DNA of 54,366 nt, taken from NCBI GenBank assembly GCA_049650525.1, contig JBASAI010000393.1, positions 1-54,366 of the forward strand, written 5' to 3'. Below, in pieces: positions 29,598 to 40,502 of this stretch. The translations under genes were made by a program, and so were the position numbers. Origin of the DNA: Arcobacteraceae bacterium (GTDB lineage: Bacteria; Campylobacterota; Campylobacteria; Campylobacterales; Arcobacteraceae). Every line of letters starts with the position of its first letter. Within the stretch, counting starts at the first letter, position 1. The notes beneath the pieces are model-generated. The model was not told the DNA's origin and did not search any database. It saw only the letters and a list, made by a program, of their open reading frames with translations.

Positions 29598-30664
29598 TAG
29601 TTCTAGGAAGTACTGGTTCTATTGGAGTAAATACTCTTGCTATTGCGAAGCAATTTAATCTGGATATCGAGATCATCGTTGCTGGTAATAATATAGAACT
29701 TTTAAATACACAACTACAAGATTTCAGTCCAAAACTTGTCATCATCGCTTCACAAGATGATATACACAAAGTAAACCATCGAAATGTACAAGCAGGACAA
29801 GAGGCTATTTTAGAAGCGATAAAAAACTCTTCATCAAACCTTGTAGTTAATGCTTTGGTAGGATTTTTCGGATTACAGCCTACGCTTACAGCTATACAAT
29901 GTGGTAAAAGAGTTGCCTTGGCAAATAAAGAGTCATTAGTCGTTGCAGGAAAGTTTATCGACATTTCCCATATCACACCCATAGATAGTGAGCATTTTGG
30001 TTTATGGTATCTTATGGATAAAGAAAAAACTATTGATAGCTTAACGATTACAGCATCTGGTGGAAGCTTTCGAGACTATCCCTTGGATAAACTAAGAGAT
30101 GTTACCGTGCAAGAGGCACTAGCACATCCAAACTGGTCGATGGGAAATAAGATCACAATAGATAGTGCGACCATGACAAACAAAATTTTTGAGCTCATAG
30201 AAGCTAGATGGCTTTTTGATACCACGGCTTGTGATGCGATTATCGAAACAAAATCTATCATCCATGCGATGGTAAACTTTATAGATGGAAGTACTACAGC
30301 CCACTTAGCACATGCAAATATGCAACTTCCTATTGCGTATGCACTGATGCAAAAAGTGGAAACTCCTATTTTGAAACCTATTGATCTATTGAGTATTCAA
30401 AATCTTGAATTTAAAAAGATAGAAACTTCACGGTATAATATCTGGGAAATAAAAGATGAGATACTTCAAAATGATAATTTAGGGGTCGTATTAAATGCTG
30501 CAAATGAGGTAGCGGTTGCACGATTTTTAGCAGCAGAAATTGGATTTTTAGACATCGCTGACACATCATTGAAAGCTCTCAATCATTTTCATGACACAAA
30601 AATCACCTCACTTGAAGATATAAAAGAGATAGATAAAAGAGTAAGGATATTTGCAAATGGGTGA
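29594..30664 (+). CDS. dxr: 1-deoxy-D-xylulose-5-phosphate reductoisomerase
   Basis: LGSTGSIG, LANKESLV, PIDSEH, HPNWSMG.KITIDSAT, NAANE. Confidence 0.97.
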   Translation: MIVLGSTGSIGVNTLAIAKQFNLDIEIIVAGNNIELLNTQLQDFSPKLVIIASQDDIHKVNHRNVQAGQEAILEAIKNSSSNLVVNALVGFFGLQPTLTAIQCGKRVALANKESLVVAGKFIDISHITPIDSEHFGLWYLMDKEKTIDSLTITASGGSFRDYPLDKLRDVTVQEALAHPNWSMGNKITIDSATMTNKIFELIEARWLFDTTACDAIIETKSIIHAMVNFIDGSTTAHLAHANMQLPIAYALMQKVETPILKPIDLLSIQNLEFKKIETSRYNIWEIKDEILQNDNLGVVLNAANEVAVARFLAAEIGFLDIADTSLKALNHFHDTKITSLEDIKEIDKRVRIFANG

Positions 30665-30926
30665 TATGATGATACCTTTTATTATGTTATTGATTGTTAC
30701 TATTGCTTTGGTGTTAGAGCGAAAACATCAAGAGGATAAGTTAGTAGAGATTTATGACGATAAGTTTGAGCAGTGGAAAAAACATACTGGACACGATGAG
30801 AAAGAAAAACATTGTAAAGAGCTTGTTGGACTTGTTTTTTTAGAAGATTCAAAACTTGATATTCAAGTTTTGGATAAGAAAATTATAGATAGATTAGAGA
30901 GAAAAAAATATAACATCAAGTTATAA
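30651..30926 (+). CDS. Hypothetical single-TM protein
   Basis: Fills the operon gap; N-terminal hydrophobic helix; start could be a slightly later ATG. Confidence 0.7.
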   Translation: MQMGDMMIPFIMLLIVTIALVLERKHQEDKLVEIYDDKFEQWKKHTGHDEKEKHCKELVGLVFLEDSKLDIQVLDKKIIDRLERKKYNIKL

Positions 30927-30937
30927 AGGACTTCACG

Positions 30938-31372
30938 ATGAAAATTTTTACTTTATTATGTATGCTTGCCGCCGTACTTTTTGCTATAAAACTCACTAAA
31001 AGTGGTGATTATGTTATCGATGATCACAACAAACTAATGTGGCAAGATACAAAAGATAATGTGCGTATTGAATTAACTCAAGCAAAAGCGGCAGAATATT
31101 GTGAAAATCTTTCTTTAAAAGGTTTTAGAGACTGGAAGCTTCCAACAGTAAAAAACTATGAAACTATTATTGATAAAAGTAGAATCAGAGCACAACTCAT
31201 GATCAATAATGCATTTAAATATGCAAAAAGAGATGCCTATTGGGCAAGTGATAGAACTTGGACTAGAAACTTTGGAATGTATGGATATTATGTACTCTTT
31301 AAAAGTGGAACTGTCTATTACCAAAATAGAACCTATAAAAAATATGTACGATGTGTAAGGAACCTTAAATAA
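30938..31372 (+). CDS. DUF1566 (Lcl C-terminal-like) exported protein
   Basis: Signal peptide, LMWQD, A..YC..L.L.GF.DW.LP, YVRCVR. Confidence 0.88.
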   Translation: MKIFTLLCMLAAVLFAIKLTKSGDYVIDDHNKLMWQDTKDNVRIELTQAKAAEYCENLSLKGFRDWKLPTVKNYETIIDKSRIRAQLMINNAFKYAKRDAYWASDRTWTRNFGMYGYYVLFKSGTVYYQNRTYKKYVRCVRNLK

Positions 31373-31917
31373 TGAAAAAAGTACTCATACTCCATGGTTG
31401 GGGTGGAAGCGATGAACCGCATTGGCAATGGTGGTTAAAGCAACAACTAGAAAAAAAAGACTATAAAGTATCTTTTCCAGATTTACCAAATAGAGATTTA
31501 CCCTCATTTGATGTGTGGATGCAAACACTTTATGAAGAGTTCACTTCCTTTAATCCAGATATCGTAGTGTGTCATTCATTGGCAAATATTTTGTGGTTTC
31601 ATTTTGTAGATAGATACGATATCAAAACACTTGATAAATTGATGCTTGTAGCACCTGTACGAAAATCATGTGAGATAGAAGAACTCAAAAGTTTTTTTCC
31701 ATATCCAATTCCAGCTGATTTAAAAGCAGAAGAGATCATCATGGTGGGAAGTACAAATGATCCCTATCTCAGTGTAGAAGAGGCTATCGAGTTACACAGT
31801 CAGCTCAATGTAGGATTGAAGATACTCGATGATGCAGGACATATCAATGCCGATAGTGGTTTTGGAGAGTTAAGCTGTGCTGTTGATTGGATCGAAAGAG
31901 AGTGTGAACAAAAATGA
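31372..31917 (+). CDS. RBBP9/YdeN-family alpha/beta hydrolase
   Basis: LHGWGGS..PHWQ, HSLA nucleophile, NDPY, AGHIN..SGFG. Confidence 0.9.
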   Translation: MKKVLILHGWGGSDEPHWQWWLKQQLEKKDYKVSFPDLPNRDLPSFDVWMQTLYEEFTSFNPDIVVCHSLANILWFHFVDRYDIKTLDKLMLVAPVRKSCEIEELKSFFPYPIPADLKAEEIIMVGSTNDPYLSVEEAIELHSQLNVGLKILDDAGHINADSGFGELSCAVDWIERECEQK

Positions 31918-32909
31918 TATTAAGTATTGAGTCATCGTGTGATGATAGTAGCATCGCAATTACAGAAATAAAAACAAATAAACTGATCTTTCACAAAAAG
32001 ATTTCGCAAGAGCTCCAACATAGTGTATATGGTGGAGTTGTCCCAGAATTAGCCGCACGATTGCATATCGAAGCACTCCCAAAAATACTTGAAGAGTGTG
32101 TCTCTTATTTTGATGATTTAAAAGCGATTGCTGTGACAAATGCTCCAGGACTAAGCGTCACTCTAACAGAAGGGGTAACGATGGCAAAAGCTCTCTCTCT
32201 TAGCTTAAATTTACCACTCATTGGGGTCAATCATCTCAAAGGTCATATCTATTCACTTTTTATAGAAAAAGAGTCAGCATTACCATGTACCATACTCCTC
32301 GTTTCTGGTGGACATACCCAAATCATAGAGGCAAAAAGTTTGGATGAGATGAGCGTTGTAGGAAGTACCATCGATGATAGTTTTGGAGAGAGTTTTGATA
32401 AGGTATCAAAAATGCTTAAGCTTGGATATCCAGGTGGTCCTGTCATAGAAAAATTTGCACTTCATGGTGATGAGTCAAAATATGATTTTCCCATACCATT
32501 ACGCCAATCTCCACTTATACAGTTTAGCTACAGTGGTCTGAAAAATGCTGTTCGATTAGCGATCATAAAAGAGGAAGAAAATAACAATATCACAGAAGAA
32601 ACAATCTCAAATATCTCTGCAAGTTTTCAAAAAGTAGCGATTGAGCATATAGTGATGAAACTTAAAAAGTATTTTAAAACAAACCCACCTGAAAACTTCG
32701 CAATAGTAGGAGGTGCTAGTGCAAATAAAGCCTTGCGTTCAAAAATAGAACAATTGTGTAATACTTATGATGCAAAACTCCTCTTAGCTCCCATGGAATT
32801 TTGTAGTGACAATGCTGCTATGATAGGACGAGTGGCAGTTGAGCAGTATCTAAATAACGACTTCATACATAGAGATACAATAGATGTCCATAGTAGAATT
32901 AGCTTTTAA
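31914..32909 (+). CDS. tsaD: tRNA N6-adenosine threonylcarbamoyltransferase TsaD
   Basis: [37 protein letters not shown]. Confidence 0.97.
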   Translation: MILSIESSCDDSSIAITEIKTNKLIFHKKISQELQHSVYGGVVPELAARLHIEALPKILEECVSYFDDLKAIAVTNAPGLSVTLTEGVTMAKALSLSLNLPLIGVNHLKGHIYSLFIEKESALPCTILLVSGGHTQIIEAKSLDEMSVVGSTIDDSFGESFDKVSKMLKLGYPGGPVIEKFALHGDESKYDFPIPLRQSPLIQFSYSGLKNAVRLAIIKEEENNNITEETISNISASFQKVAIEHIVMKLKKYFKTNPPENFAIVGGASANKALRSKIEQLCNTYDAKLLLAPMEFCSDNAAMIGRVAVEQYLNNDFIHRDTIDVHSRISF

Positions 32910-32924
32910 AATGGAGGTATTTAA

Positions 32925-33113
32925 ATGGAAGAGTTTACAGTAACAAAAGAAGAACTACATGAAATGTTTGAAAAAAAAGAGATTTTAGATACTGCCAAAG
33001 GATGGTACTACAAAGATCAAGAGGTTGAGATCATTGCGATTCACAACATAGAAAAACGATATCTGCAAGATATGATGAATGCCGATTTTTACAGAATCAA
33101 ACTAGCGGATTAA
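32925..33113 (+). CDS. Hypothetical small acidic protein
   Basis: 62 aa, strong SD GGAGG. Confidence 0.7.
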   Translation: MEEFTVTKEELHEMFEKKEILDTAKGWYYKDQEVEIIAIHNIEKRYLQDMMNADFYRIKLAD

Positions 33114-33823
33114 ATAAATAATTCCACTATTAACTTAATCGCTAAAATTGATAGTAAAATTTTGATCGTAAATAACAACTTTTTCCCATCCACTTTATCT
33201 CTTAGTTTTGTTCCCAAATAAGAACCAATAATAACACCCACAACCATCACACCAATAATCTCAATATATTCAGAAAACTTAAATCCAAAATATACAAACA
33301 CCAACACTTTCATAGAGTGCGTGATACTCATAAGCAAGGCAGCTGTTGATACTACTTTATCTTTATCATTAAAATCTTTTAAAAGTAGCGTCGTTGTCAG
33401 TGGTCCAGTAGCTCCAACGATTACAGAGAGTCCAGACTGTAAAAAACCTATCAGATAGTAGCTCTCATATCTTTTAATTGTATTATTAAAGCGTTGTGAC
33501 CACAAAGAGAGCAAAATATAACTTCCGATAAATAATGGAATATATTCAATAGATATCATATCCAAAACCAAAGCAATCAAACCAACCCCAACAATCGACC
33601 CAATCAAAAACTTCGGTACAACAGAAAACTGAATATCTTTATATCCAAAATACGCTCGTGAAAAATTACTAAACATCTGAGTGAACCCATGTACAGGAAT
33701 CAACGCCTGAATAGGTAAAAATGAAGGTAAAATAGCGATCAACATCAATCCACCACCAACACCTACAACCCCTGCTATAAGTGATGTAAAAATACTAATA
33801 AGACCTAAAATTATCACATCCAT
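33110..33823 (-). CDS. TauE/SafE family (TSUP) exporter
   Basis: GVVGVGGG, ALIPVHG..Q..SN.SRA, GATGP; multi-TM. Confidence 0.88.
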   Translation of the reverse strand: MDVIILGLISIFTSLIAGVVGVGGGLMLIAILPSFLPIQALIPVHGFTQMFSNFSRAYFGYKDIQFSVVPKFLIGSIVGVGLIALVLDMISIEYIPLFIGSYILLSLWSQRFNNTIKRYESYYLIGFLQSGLSVIVGATGPLTTTLLLKDFNDKDKVVSTAALLMSITHSMKVLVFVYFGFKFSEYIEIIGVMVVGVIIGSYLGTKLRDKVDGKKLLFTIKILLSILAIKLIVELFI

Positions 33824-33899
33824 ATTTACCCCTTTTTATCTATAGAATTGTACCCAGTCATTACTTATAAATCTAGGTTTTGAACTCTTGTAAAGGTTC

Positions 33900-33963
33900 T
33901 AAACCACTGGTTTAATTTAAAACCAAGAAGATTCTTACTATAATTAGACCACTAGTTTAATTA
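33900..33963 (+). promoter_or_regulatory. Two palindromic TetR-type operators and TATAAT -10
   Basis: TAAACCACTGGTTTA (33900-33914) and TAATTAGACCACTAGTTTAATTA (33941-33963); TATAAT 33939-33944. Confidence 0.75.
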
Positions 33964-33974
33964 AAAGGAAAAAA

Positions 33975-34589
33975 GTGTCAAGAGGATTACAAAAACAAGA
34001 CCGAAAAGAATATATCTGTGAAAAAGCATATGAAGAGTTACTCAAAACTGATATTAGTCAGTTTTCATTAAATAAGTTTATCGCTTTGATCGAGATGTCT
34101 AAAGGGCAGTTTTATTATTATTTTAAAACAAAAGAGGATCTTATTTGTAAGATTATAGATACAAAATGTTTTGAAGTTTTTAGTTATAAATATGAACAAA
34201 CAAAATATAAAACAACATTTTTAGAAAAGTTGTCAACATTTTTCTCATTTTTCATAGAAGAATCAGATCCAAATTTTGTAGCCGTTGAGAGACTACTGAA
34301 AAATACATTTCATTTGTATATCAATACGACCAACAAAAATATACAAGAACTCAATAGAAATTTTTATCAATTGTTATTGGGTTATATTGAAGACATCATT
34401 GAAGAGATGATTGAAAATGGCTCTTTAAAAGAAGATGCTAGAAAATTTCCAAGAAGTATCATCGCAACAGCAGATGGTATGTACCTTCACTCACTTATGG
34501 ATAATGAGTATGATATCAAAACACACTTTACCCAATATCTTATCTCACTTGATCAACTATTGCAAAAAAATACAAAAGGAACGGTGTGA
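33975..34589 (+). CDS. TetR/AcrR family transcriptional regulator
   Basis: MSKGQFYYYFKTKEDL HTH motif. Confidence 0.9.
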   Translation: MSRGLQKQDRKEYICEKAYEELLKTDISQFSLNKFIALIEMSKGQFYYYFKTKEDLICKIIDTKCFEVFSYKYEQTKYKTTFLEKLSTFFSFFIEESDPNFVAVERLLKNTFHLYINTTNKNIQELNRNFYQLLLGYIEDIIEEMIENGSLKEDARKFPRSIIATADGMYLHSLMDNEYDIKTHFTQYLISLDQLLQKNTKGTV

Positions 34590-34945
34590 TGAATATATAC
34601 TGGCTTTCTGTTTTTATAGCGACATTTTTTGAAGTTTTATGGGTGATTGGTTTGAAGTACTCTACGAGTATATTTGAATGGATAGTTACTATTTTATTTA
34701 TAGGTGCCACTTTTGTACTTTTAACTTTTGCAGGTAAAAAACTTCCCATAGGAACAACATATACAGTTTTTACAGGTATTGGTACTGTTGGAACACTTTT
34801 AGTTGATGTTGTATTTTTTGGAGCTTCGTTAACAGTTCTCAAAACATTTTTCATAGTATTATTAATTATAGGTGTTATTGGATTGAAATTAGTGACAAAT
34901 ACAGATGGTGAAATTGTACTTGAAGTAGAAAAGGAAAAGATATAA
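34586..34945 (+). CDS. SMR/DMT family transporter subunit (paired SMR)
   Basis: W......FFEVLWVIGLK with membrane Glu, LPIGTTYTVFTGIGT, GVIGLK. Confidence 0.92.
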   Translation: MMNIYWLSVFIATFFEVLWVIGLKYSTSIFEWIVTILFIGATFVLLTFAGKKLPIGTTYTVFTGIGTVGTLLVDVVFFGASLTVLKTFFIVLLIIGVIGLKLVTNTDGEIVLEVEKEKI

Positions 34946-35259
34946 TGGAATGGATATGTTTAATACTCGCTGGGTGTTTTGAAATATTTGGTTTGATGAT
35001 GATGAATATTTTTAGAACTACAAAAAATATAAAAGTTATAGTGCTTATTATTTTTGCATTTTCGATGAGTTTTTACTTTTTATCATATGCAATGCAAACT
35101 TTGCCTATGGGACTTTCTTATGCTATATGGACAGGAATAGGTGGAGCTGGTGGAGCGATCATAGGTATGCTTTTTTATAATGAATCAAAAGATATCAAAA
35201 GAATAAGTTTTATAGCTTTGATTATTATAAGTGTGATTGGATTGAAGCTATCAGCGTAA
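34945..35259 (+). CDS. SMR/DMT family transporter subunit (paired SMR)
   Basis: W..LILAGCFE, LPMGLSYAIWTGIG, VIGLK. Confidence 0.92.
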   Translation: MEWICLILAGCFEIFGLMMMNIFRTTKNIKVIVLIIFAFSMSFYFLSYAMQTLPMGLSYAIWTGIGGAGGAIIGMLFYNESKDIKRISFIALIIISVIGLKLSA

Positions 35260-35282
35260 AAAGAGTATTTTTACTCTTTTTT
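35258..35282. terminator. Bidirectional terminator between convergent SMR and ilvA genes
   Basis: AAAAAGAGTA-tttt-TACTCTTTTT. Confidence 0.7.
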
Positions 35283-36486
35283 ACACCTCCTTAAATCTAT
35301 ACCCAGCCTTGCTCAGCTCTTTTCGTATCATCTCTTGATGCTCTTCACCTTTTGTTTCTAGCGCAATTGTTACATTTGCATCACCAAAAGCTAAGGCAAC
35401 AGAGTTTCTATCAAAATCGATCTGAATAATATTTGCACTTACTGTTTCAAAAATATTTGTAAGTGTTTTGAGACTTCCTGGTTTGTCTATAAGTGTCACG
35501 ATAAGATTCATTTTTCGAGCCGATTTTACAAGCCCTTTTTGAATGATCTGTGCGAGCATCGTTACATCGATATTTCCACCACTTAATGGCAATACTACTT
35601 TTTTCCCTTTAAGATCAAGTTTGTTATGCATCACAGCAGCCACTCCAGTTGCCCCAGCACCTTCTACGACAAGCTTATGCTGTTCGAGTAAAAATAAAAT
35701 AGCAGCAGCTATCTCTGTGTCATCTACTTCTATAACCTCATCAACTAACTCTAGAACATATTCAAGCATCTTTGGAGTCACATCTCGTACTGCTATACCA
35801 TCTGCAATAGTTCGCACAGATTTTGAGTTGAGTTGTTTTTTTGCTTCAAAAGAGTTTTTCATAGCTTTCGCACCACTTGAAACTACACCGATGATTTTTA
35901 TATTTGGATTGATATGTCTAATCGCTGTTGCCATTCCAGCGATAAGTCCACCGCCACCAATAGGAACGATAATCATATCGATATTTTCAACACTTTCTAG
36001 TATCTCTAAAGCCAAAGTACCTTGACCTGCGATCACATCATCATCTGCAAAAGGGTGTACAAATATTTTGTTTTCTTTTATCACTAAATCTTGTGCATAT
36101 TTATATGCTTCATCAAAATTTGCGCCATATAAAACGACATTTGCTCCATGACTTTTGACACCATTTACTTTTAAAAGTGGTGTCGCTTCTGGCATCACGA
36201 TAGTTGCTTCACATCCAAAATGTTTCGCACTAAAAGCGAGACCTTGTGCATGGTTACCAGCACTAGCTGCAACTACACCTCTGTCTTTTTCTTCTTGAGT
36301 GAGTTTTGCTATTTTATTAAAAGCACCACGAAGTTTAAAGCTTCCAGTTATCTGTAGATTTTCTTTTTTCAAATAGATATCAGCCTGTGCATTTTTACTC
36401 AAAATCGGAGCGTATGCTATAGGAGTGTTTGTTACAATACCATCTAATCGTTGTTTTGCTTCTTGTATATCTTGTATATTTATCAT
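35281..36486 (-). CDS. ilvA: Threonine ammonia-lyase with C-terminal ACT domain
   Basis: ENLQITGSFKLRGA, SAGNHAQG, PIGGGGLI, SGGNID. Start moved to ATG 36486 (MINIQDI). Confidence 0.93.
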   Translation of the reverse strand: MINIQDIQEAKQRLDGIVTNTPIAYAPILSKNAQADIYLKKENLQITGSFKLRGAFNKIAKLTQEEKDRGVVAASAGNHAQGLAFSAKHFGCEATIVMPEATPLLKVNGVKSHGANVVLYGANFDEAYKYAQDLVIKENKIFVHPFADDDVIAGQGTLALEILESVENIDMIIVPIGGGGLIAGMATAIRHINPNIKIIGVVSSGAKAMKNSFEAKKQLNSKSVRTIADGIAVRDVTPKMLEYVLELVDEVIEVDDTEIAAAILFLLEQHKLVVEGAGATGVAAVMHNKLDLKGKKVVLPLSGGNIDVTMLAQIIQKGLVKSARKMNLIVTLIDKPGSLKTLTNIFETVSANIIQIDFDRNSVALAFGDANVTIALETKGEEHQEMIRKELSKAGYRFKEV

Positions 36487-36577
36487 AATTTGGATTATAT
36501 AGAAATATTGTTTAATAGTTAGATACTTTATAGTATAATGCCCACAAAATTTGAATTTATACAAAAGGTACTGAACT

Positions 36578-37081
36578 ATGGCTCGATGGAGAGATATCAA
36601 AAAAAATAAAACCACGAACACGCAAGATGAAAAAATAAACACTCAAAAACAAGAACCTATCATAGCAAACCAATCATGTTCACCACTTTTTCGACTCAAA
36701 GCATTTATCACTGATATGTTTATGATTATGATGCCAATTATGTATATCACCACTTATATCATATTAGATGGGAAAGATTCTTTCCAAGGAAATGAATTTG
36801 CACACTGGATCACGATGGTTCTTTATGGAGCTATTACTGTAATTTTTTGGGTACTCAAAGGGCAAACTCCAGGCTTCAAAGCATATGATTTGATGATGAT
36901 CGATGATACTACAAAGCAAAAGCTATCAGTCATCAGTGCGATTTTGCGATATATCATGTACCTTGTAAGTGTTATAAGTATCATTGGGGTAATTATTCCT
37001 TTTTTTAGAAAAGATAAAAAAACTTTACAAGACTTAGTGATGGGTACTTCTGTTATCGTTGTAGATCGAAAAGAAAACTAA
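36578..37081 (+). CDS. RDD family membrane protein
   Basis: RLKAFITD, GQTPG.KA, LQD. Confidence 0.88.
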   Translation: MARWRDIKKNKTTNTQDEKINTQKQEPIIANQSCSPLFRLKAFITDMFMIMMPIMYITTYIILDGKDSFQGNEFAHWITMVLYGAITVIFWVLKGQTPGFKAYDLMMIDDTTKQKLSVISAILRYIMYLVSVISIIGVIIPFFRKDKKTLQDLVMGTSVIVVDRKEN

Positions 37082-37087
37082 CCCTTA

Positions 37088-38170
37088 ATGCTCTTTTTTA
37101 AACTCTCTAGCTTTTATTTTTTTTATTTTGCGGCTGTGGGAGTTTATGTTATCTTTTTACCAAAAGTGCTTTTGGATATAGGATATACTCCTACAAATAT
37201 TGGTATCGTTTTAGCACTTGCACCTTTGATGCGGTTTTTGACACCGTTTTTATTTCTCAAGCATATCAAACTCGATCAAAAACTTTTTAAATTTGTCCTA
37301 CTTTTATCTGTCATATCTGCAACACTGTTTTATATCACGATAAACTCTTTTTATCTCTTTATGCTCAATAACGCTATGCTAGGAGTATGTTTGAGTTTAC
37401 TCTTGCCCTATATTGAGCTTATAGCTATAAAAGAGCTACAAAATAGCTATGGGAAAAGCAGACTCTATGGTTCGATTGGTTTTATGCTTGTGGGTCTTAT
37501 ACTTGCTAGATATTTAACTGTTCCAGAAATCGCACTGCATTATTATCTCATAGCTACTATATTAACTGCTTTTTTTGCATTGAGTTTACTCAAATATGAT
37601 GATGTGGAACTCTCCTCCACTCAAGATGATGAAAAATTTTCACTTTTAAAATACTGGCCATTTTGGATGAGTTTGTTTTTGATGCAGGTGAGTTTTGGTG
37701 GATTTTATAACTTTTTTACAATCTATGAAACAGATAATGGGATAAGTTTAGAGATGACAAGTTATCTTTGGGCATTTGGAGTGATTTGTGAAGTGTTGAT
37801 CTTTTATTTTCAAGCACCATTATTGAAAAAAAATCTACTTTTGATGATAAAATTCTCGATTTTGATCACTGCATTTCGATGGTTTTTATTGTATCTCTAT
37901 CCCGAGTCCCTTTCCATCTCATTTTTCTCACAAAGTTTACACGCTTTTAGTTTTGGACTTTTTCATAGTGCGGTTATTTTATATCTCTATTCACTCTACT
38001 CAAACAAAAAACTCGCACAACAGTTTATGCTCGGAATCGCATACGGTTTAGGTGGATTTGTAGGAGCACTTATCTCTGGGCAATTTTATGGGGAATTTTT
38101 ATTTTTATATTCTTCAATCATCGCATTACTCTCATTTCTTAGTTTATTTTACATGAAAAATAAGATATAA
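37088..38170 (+). CDS. MFS transporter (HcaT/MFS_1-like)
   Basis: Multi-TM; YGKSRLYGSIGF, GVICE, QSLHAFSFGLFH. Confidence 0.88.
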   Translation: MLFFKLSSFYFFYFAAVGVYVIFLPKVLLDIGYTPTNIGIVLALAPLMRFLTPFLFLKHIKLDQKLFKFVLLLSVISATLFYITINSFYLFMLNNAMLGVCLSLLLPYIELIAIKELQNSYGKSRLYGSIGFMLVGLILARYLTVPEIALHYYLIATILTAFFALSLLKYDDVELSSTQDDEKFSLLKYWPFWMSLFLMQVSFGGFYNFFTIYETDNGISLEMTSYLWAFGVICEVLIFYFQAPLLKKNLLLMIKFSILITAFRWFLLYLYPESLSISFFSQSLHAFSFGLFHSAVILYLYSLYSNKKLAQQFMLGIAYGLGGFVGALISGQFYGEFLFLYSSIIALLSFLSLFYMKNKI

Positions 38171-38206
38171 TCCACACATAAATACTCAAAATAAAAGGAA
38201 CGAATA

Positions 38207-38713
38207 ATGTTAGAAATAGGAAATCAAGCACCCGCTTTTTGTATCCCAAACCAAGATGAAGTAGAGATATGTCTACGAGATTTAAAAGGCAAATGGATAG
38301 TGCTGTATTTTTACCCAAGAGACAATACTCCAGGATGTACCACGCAAGCGTGTGATTTTACAGAAGCATTACCAAAATTTGATGACTTAGATGCTGTGAT
38401 TTTAGGGGTAAGTCCAGACACTCCAAAAAAACATCAAAACTTCATCGCAAAATATGATCTGGATATCACACTTTTAGCTGATGAGAACAAATCAACTTGT
38501 GAAGCATATGGAGTATGGCAACTCAAAAAGTTTATGGGAAAAGAAAGTATGGGAGTAGTTAGAACTACATTTATCATCAACCCAGAAGGAAACATAGCTG
38601 CTATTTATGATAAAGTATCAGTAAGAAAGAAAACTAAAAAAGATGGTGTTACAACAGAAGTGTTACATGTGGATCTCGTAAGAGATGAGTTAGAAAAGTT
38701 ACAGGCTATTTAG
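38207..38713 (+). CDS. bcp: Thioredoxin-dependent thiol peroxidase BCP/PrxQ
   Basis: YFYPRDNTPGCTTQACDF, GVSPD, RTTFII. Confidence 0.95.
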   Translation: MLEIGNQAPAFCIPNQDEVEICLRDLKGKWIVLYFYPRDNTPGCTTQACDFTEALPKFDDLDAVILGVSPDTPKKHQNFIAKYDLDITLLADENKSTCEAYGVWQLKKFMGKESMGVVRTTFIINPEGNIAAIYDKVSVRKKTKKDGVTTEVLHVDLVRDELEKLQAI

Positions 38714-39170
38714 TCTGTAACTTTTTTTTCTTTCTATAATCTAAATAGTTGATCAAGAGAATAATTCCTACTCCTAAATTAATCAAGATATCTGCTAGAT
38801 TAAAAACAGCAAATTCAAATCCACAATGCCAGTAGATATAATCTACAACGCCACCATGAATAAATCTATCATAAATATTACTAATACCCCCAGCCAAAAC
38901 TAGTGCAGCAGGAATATAATAGACCTTAAAAACATCTCGATTGAAAGCGAGATAGATAACAGCACCTATCATAATAGCTATTTGAATATATTTTAAATTT
39001 TCAGCCAAAAAAGCGAACATAGAAAAAGCAACACCGTAGTTGTATACTAATATAAAAGAGATACACTCACCTCTATGCTCAAATCCATCAACAAATAAAA
39101 ATTTGATATATTGATCTATAAAAATCAAACATACCAAAAGGATACTACTAACAAAAAACTTTTTTAACAT
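38706..39170 (-). CDS. lspA: Lipoprotein signal peptidase II
   Basis: DQ..K, NYGVAFS, SNIYDR..G.VVDY, VFNLAD. Confidence 0.96.
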   Translation of the reverse strand: MLKKFFVSSILLVCLIFIDQYIKFLFVDGFEHRGECISFILVYNYGVAFSMFAFLAENLKYIQIAIMIGAVIYLAFNRDVFKVYYIPAALVLAGGISNIYDRFIHGGVVDYIYWHCGFEFAVFNLADILINLGVGIILLINYLDYRKKKKLQTK

Positions 39171-40501
39171 ATACTGCTTTTTATCAATGCCTGCAATTCA
39201 TCCATAGAAGATTCCACAACTCCTTGATCTTTACCTTCTAATAGTAATCTTATCTTATTTTCAGTCCCTGAGTATCGTATCAGATCTCGAAGTCCTAAGG
39301 CTCTAAATTTACTCAAAAGTTCTTCTAAACCTTTGATATTTTCTAATGGAACTTTTTCTTCAACCAAAAGGTTTTTCAAAATTTGAGGATAAAGGTCAAA
39401 TGGATTGAGTATTTCACTTGCTTTTTTACCGCTACTTAAAATCATTGCGATCACTTGCAATGCAGATGCAAGTCCATCTCCTGTTTTAGCAACATCAGAA
39501 AAGATAATATGACCACTTTGTTCACCACCAAAATTGATCTTCTCTTTTTTCATGATCTCCAAAACATATTTATCACCTACATTGGCTCTATAAAGCTCTA
39601 TTCCATTATCTTTTAGATAATCTTCAAGTGCCATGTTACTCATCACTGTAGTAACACAACCTTTACCCTGAAGTAGTTTCTTTTCGTTTAGATATACAGC
39701 CATTGCACCGATAAGTTTATCACCATCTACAACTTTACCTTTTTCATCAACCACGACCAATCTATCAGCATCACCATCAAGTGCGATACCGATATCAGCA
39801 CGATACTCAAGCACAAGTTTTCCTAATGCTTTGGGATACAATGCGCCACACTCTTCATTGATATTAAATCCATCAGGTTCATTATGTACGACAACAACAT
39901 CTGCACCTAATTCCTCAAGAATCGTTGGACCCACTTTATAAGCAGCTCCATTTGCACAATCAAGTACAATTCTCATACCATTTAAAGTCAAGTCTTTTGG
40001 AAAAGAACTTTTAATAGAAACAATATATCTCCCTATTACATCATCGATTCTTTTTGCTTTTCCTATTTCTCTATCTGTACATTGAGAAGAGATAAGTAAT
40101 TCTTTATTAAAGAAAATATTTTCAATCTCTTTTTCAATTTCATTGCTAAGTTTATCACCTTGAGAGTTGAAAAATTTTACACCATTATCTTCAAAAGAGT
40201 TATGTGAAGCACTGAGCATAATACCAGCATCACAACGCATCGATTCTGTAAGATACGCGATAGCAGGTGTAGGCATAGGTCCTATTTGTATCACATCATA
40301 GCCAACACTTGTAAATCCACTCACGAGTGCATTTTCTATCATATATCCGCTTCTTCTTGTGTCTTTTCCAAGAAGTATTCTTTTTGTTTTCGAGTGTTTA
40401 CGAAAATAAATTCCAGCCGCTTGCGCTAATTTTAGAGCAGTTGTTGCATCTAAAAATGTTCCAGCTTTCCCTCTTACTCCATCTGTGCCAAACAGTTTCA
40501 T
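39164..40501 (-). CDS. glmM: Phosphoglucosamine mutase
   Basis: [32 protein letters not shown]. Confidence 0.97.
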   Translation of the reverse strand: MKLFGTDGVRGKAGTFLDATTALKLAQAAGIYFRKHSKTKRILLGKDTRRSGYMIENALVSGFTSVGYDVIQIGPMPTPAIAYLTESMRCDAGIMLSASHNSFEDNGVKFFNSQGDKLSNEIEKEIENIFFNKELLISSQCTDREIGKAKRIDDVIGRYIVSIKSSFPKDLTLNGMRIVLDCANGAAYKVGPTILEELGADVVVVHNEPDGFNINEECGALYPKALGKLVLEYRADIGIALDGDADRLVVVDEKGKVVDGDKLIGAMAVYLNEKKLLQGKGCVTTVMSNMALEDYLKDNGIELYRANVGDKYVLEIMKKEKINFGGEQSGHIIFSDVAKTGDGLASALQVIAMILSSGKKASEILNPFDLYPQILKNLLVEEKVPLENIKGLEELLSKFRALGLRDLIRYSGTENKIRLLLEGKDQGVVESSMDELQALIKSSIC

Positions 40502-40502
40502 A

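Noticed and set aside
36487..36642. N-terminal extension of ilvA in the ORF track (similar extensions at sulP 1936, antitoxin 28297, secF 41489 and the 11618 ORF)
   Set aside because: The extensions overlap neighbouring genes or promoters; family homology and SD placement support the downstream starts.
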